Shown: piece by piece, positions 59,257-64,000 of the stretch
Numbering within the stretch: position 1 is the stretch's first letter
Layout of the letters: every line of letters starts with the position of its first letter
Assembly: GCF_024521635.1 (NCBI RefSeq)
Contig: NW_026250410.1
Location: 868,001 to 932,000 of the forward strand
From: Tricharina praecox
Taxonomy: Eukaryota
Direction: 5' to 3'
Length of the DNA stretch: 64,000 bases
The notes under the pieces: generated by a model
The model's database searches: none
Seen by the model: only the letters and a program-made list of their open reading frames with translations
Told to the model about the DNA's origin: nothing
Made by a program: the position numbers and the translations under genes

Positions 59257-60766
59257 GGGAGCGGGGCGGTCGTCTTGGAGGGAGGTGAGTACGAGTTCCG
59301 GAAGAGGAGGCGGAGAAGGTGGAGGTAGAGGAGGTAGAGGAGGTAGAGGAGGAGGTGGTGGGGAAGTTGATTTGGGGGGTGGTAGTTAGTGAGTTGAACA
59401 CCGGTACTACCAGCGTTGTTCTTGTGCAACGTTCTCGTCGGTAGATAGAAGCGGGCCGGGGACCGGGAAGGGGGTTCGTATGTGTCTGCAGGGGTGTTTG
59501 CCGAGACGGCCGTCGCAATTGAGGGCCGCCGACACTACTGAGCCGAACCGCCCTAGAGTACCCACAGCCCGAGTACTAGTTATATTCTAACCGGAAGCCC
59601 AACCAAGTACCTACATTAGGATGTAAGTTCTTGCCTACTATTCGGTTACTGGTATGTACTGATGTTGCAGAGTATTCTATTCCTTTGACGCCGGAGATTC
59701 AATGCTTCGCCCACTCGGAGATCCAGCTCGGAAGAGAAGGCCAAAAAACGGGAAACCCCCCTCGATTCTCCAGAGACTTCCTCTCGCCAGTTCGTGGAGC
59801 CCATGAAGCCCTACCAGCTGATCGGGAGATATTCTTGCCCTCCCGTGCCGAGAGATATCCAGGCTCTCTTAGCGCCAGGCAACACTGCGGGCAAAGAGTG
59901 TCTTATTATGGTGCGCGAGAGATCGGGCTTTGACATCGAGAGTATGTGCATATCAGGCACTCTGTAGGAGAGTATATTGCAGCTTAGGCACACGTACCCA
60001 GAAGACTTTTCAGGAGATCAGAGAGATATCTAGAAGAGCTTGCGTTTGCTGTCCGCGTGCACGCAAGCGGGCGTGACCATATCCACTGGCTTTGTTGGAC
60101 CGTTTGGTGTTTGGCGTTCGGTGTTCGGCGTCCGGCTTTGGACCTCCAACGGAGACAGACACGAGACCTCGATGGTTGAAAGAAGGGTGTCTCCCGCTCA
60201 TGAAGATACCTACCGGAAGAAGGCCGCACATCCGCAATCGAACGGCTTGTATGTCTGACTACTCTAGTGATCTTGGCCTTTTTCGAACGCCGTACTAATA
60301 GTTAACCGTCCATTGTAGATGTGTGCTGATGGTAACTTTCTGTGGCCCAGGTTGGTTTGATTGTGTTCTGCACTGCACCCGCTCGCTCGCAGCAGCCACC
60401 CGCACGTGCAAACGGTGTCACCAGTGCTATCGTTGTGAATGGCGAAGCCGTGTGGTGATATCCCCACATCTCTCGTTGCCGCATATTTGCACGTCAGCAA
60501 GAAGCGGAACGTTATCAGATCCTTCTAACCTCAATTAGGGCTGGCAGCTCACACATCCATGTTCCGAAAACGAACCCCTGCAGCCCCCGCCCCCGGCGGT
60601 CCTCGCCCGCTCGCTGCTATTACAATACCCCCCCTACAACCCATCTCTTGCTCTCTCTCTTCTACCCATCTCTTCACACCTCTCTCTTCTACTCTTCTCT
60701 TCATACCTCTCTCTTCTAGCCATCGCCTCCTATCTTCATCAATCGACACCCGCATAGCTCGACACA

Positions 60767-61979
60767 ATGGCCAACACCCGTCAGACCTTCGAGGCCGTCT
60801 TCAGGGATGTTATTGTCCCCAAGATCATGGAGGAAGTGCAAAAGACTGGCATTGCCCCGAATGCCTGTGACTGGGCGCAGAACGTGCGATTCTCTTCCTC
60901 TCCGCCGATTGACGTTTCGGCTCGCTGACTGCATGCATGTAGAGCATCCTCCACAACACCATCGGAGGAAAGTACAACCGCGGAATGACCGTCCCCGACA
61001 CCTACCGCATCCTTAAGGGTGTGGACGAGCTCACTCAGGATGAGTATAATATGTCCTCCATCTTGGGATGGTGCACCGAGCTTGTGGGCCTCCGTACCTG
61101 GATTTTGTGGTTGCCACAATGGCTGACCCCTTCAGTTGCAAGCAATGTTCTTGGTGGCCGATGACATTATGGACTCGTCCATCACTCGCCGTGGCTCCCC
61201 CTGCTGGTATCGAATGGTATGCTCGGTTCGCTCAGAAATGTGAGGCAAAGCTCTCCTACTCACACTGCCTGCAGGACGGTGTTGGCATGATCGCCATCAA
61301 CGACTCGTTCATCCTCGAATCGGCGATTTACCTTCTCCTTAAAAAGTTCTTCCGTCAGGAGTCCTACTACATTGACGTCGTTGAGCTTTTCCATGACATC
61401 ACGTTCAAGACCGAGCTCGGACAGCTTCTCGATCTGATCACGGCCCCCGAGGACAAGGTCAACCTCGACAACTTTGGTTTCTCAAAGTACTACTTCATCG
61501 TCCGCTACAAGACCGCGTTCTACTCCTTCTACCTGCCAGTTGCCCTCGCAATGTACCAGGCTGGCGTGGCCACCGAGAAGAACCTCCAGCAGGCCAAGGA
61601 CGTCCTGATCCCGCTCGGCGAGTACTTCCAAGTCCAAGACGATTACCTCGACTGCTACGGCGACCCAGAGCACATCGGCAAGATCGGCACCGACATCCAG
61701 GACAACAAGTGTGGATGGCTGGTCAACAAGGCTCTCGAAATCGTCACGCCCGAGCAGCGCGCTCTCCTCGACGAGCACTACGGCCGCAAGAACGCCGATT
61801 CGGAGGCGAAGATCAAGAAGCTCTACCTCGACCTCAACATCGAGACCCACTACAAGGAGTACGAGGCCCAGTCCGTCAAGGAGATCGCCGCTCTCGTCGA
61901 GAAGGTCGACGAGTCCGAGGGGCTCAAGCGTGCTGTCCTTACCGGCTTCTTGAACAAGATCGCTGGCCGCTCGCGCTAG
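60767..61979 (+). CDS. ERG20: Farnesyl pyrophosphate synthase; 4 exons
   Basis: [73 protein letters not shown]. Confidence 0.96.
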
Positions 61980-62819
61980 ATCGCTTGGGGGGATTGATCA
62001 GGGGATGATGTGGCGTGTGGTTGTAATGTCCTGTGTGGGTGACCGCATCACCCGGACAATGGAAGCGGGCTGCGTAAACTATACCATTAATGATTTGACT
62101 ATTGCGGCTTGATTTATTTGCTGTCGTTTCGTTCGTTCGGAGCGGAGAGCTTGGTATTATCATTTCCCGGCAGTTCTATGGGAGCACGATTGCATGTAAC
62201 AGAGCGTTGATTGATGAGCGGTAACTAGAGAGGAAATGATACCATACACGGCTAACTACATCATAAGTATCGATGTGAATGCCAGGGGATGGAGATGCGC
62301 CCTCATACTCCATCGAGACAAATCTGTAAGGCCGGCTTCCTTTAGAGCCAACACTAGGCAAACCATCCGGAACACTAACTAACACTGCGTCGCCATGTGC
62401 CCCTGGGGAAGGGGGTTCCGGAAGTTTATGCTCGCGTGGCCAGCTTGGTTGTGTGGGTTCCCGGTTTTGCATTGAGGCCCTGGATATGGTTTGCTTTTGT
62501 GACGAATCACGCCATGTAATGCTCTCGTACTGGTACGAGGCATACGGTAGTTGACTACTCTCCCGGAGAGAGAACGTAAATTTGTTCTACATACAGTCTT
62601 GCTGGACTGTGGCAACCGGAGCGAAGGAAACCTTTCCCACCGGGCACTCCTGTTCGGCCCTAGAGAACCCACTTCTTGTCTACGGGGACTTTTTCACCCA
62701 CGTCCATTGTCCCCAAGAATTCCAGCCTTGCCTCGCTGCGGCGCTTGACTGCAGAAGGTCTGGCCATACTCTATCACCGCCGTTCTCGTCCCCACCCGCT
62801 CCGAGTACCGAGTGCCGAG

Positions 62820-62980
62820 TGACTCCCCATGCACCAGCCCATGGCCGAGTGAGCGGGATTCCCCATTAGTTAGCGCGGGGGTTTTCAGCCCCACCCCACC
62901 AACATCAAGTCAATGGGCGTGCAGATCCCCCTCCCCCTGCCCCGCCGACCAAAACTCTGACTCCGACCTCGATTGACTCA
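62820..62980 (+). promoter_or_regulatory. Cluster of Gcn4/CpcA (cross-pathway control) sites upstream of LYS1
   Basis: TGACTC at 62820-62825 and 62958-62963, and TGACTCA at 62974-62980, all within ~270 bp of the ATG of an amino-acid biosynthesis gene. Confidence 0.7.
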
Positions 62981-63082
62981 GAGCTTCCATTTCCCTTCTT
63001 AAACAGCTGTGCACCGACACATCACATCACAACACGCACCCTAAACCACCACCCACAAAAAAAAGTCCAATTCCTACACACA

Positions 63083-64000
<918 letters not shown>

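Overview
Eukaryotic DNA from an intron-rich filamentous ascomycete fungus. Evidence: short GT-AG introns with CTRAY branch points, fungal-type housekeeping genes and an intron-containing tRNA; a Pezizomycotina/Pezizales-like origin is an inference. The right ~28 kb is a compact core-gene block: TFIIIC triple-barrel subunit, Trk K+ transporter, mitochondrial PPR protein, an atypical ATP-dependent DNA ligase, Sid1-like GCK kinase, CDC23, ERG20 and the 5' part of LYS1. The left ~36 kb is more accessory. It holds PRP31, a head-to-head pair of a HeLo-like/kinase-like-fold gene and a C2H2/zinc-ribbon/KH multidomain gene, a decayed gag-protease LTR-retroelement relic, a secreted Cys-containing preproprotein, a C2H2 transcription factor with long repeat-rich flanks, tRNA-His, a LINE relic and an intronic MITE. 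The most notable observation is a three-exon gene at 31765-32720 (minus), invisible in the ORF track, that encodes a divergent SUMO-like protein with a long repetitive N-terminal arm, a VKPE acceptor motif and an EQAGG di-glycine followed by an 11-aa tail. All gene models were spliced and translated by eye; no database searches were run.
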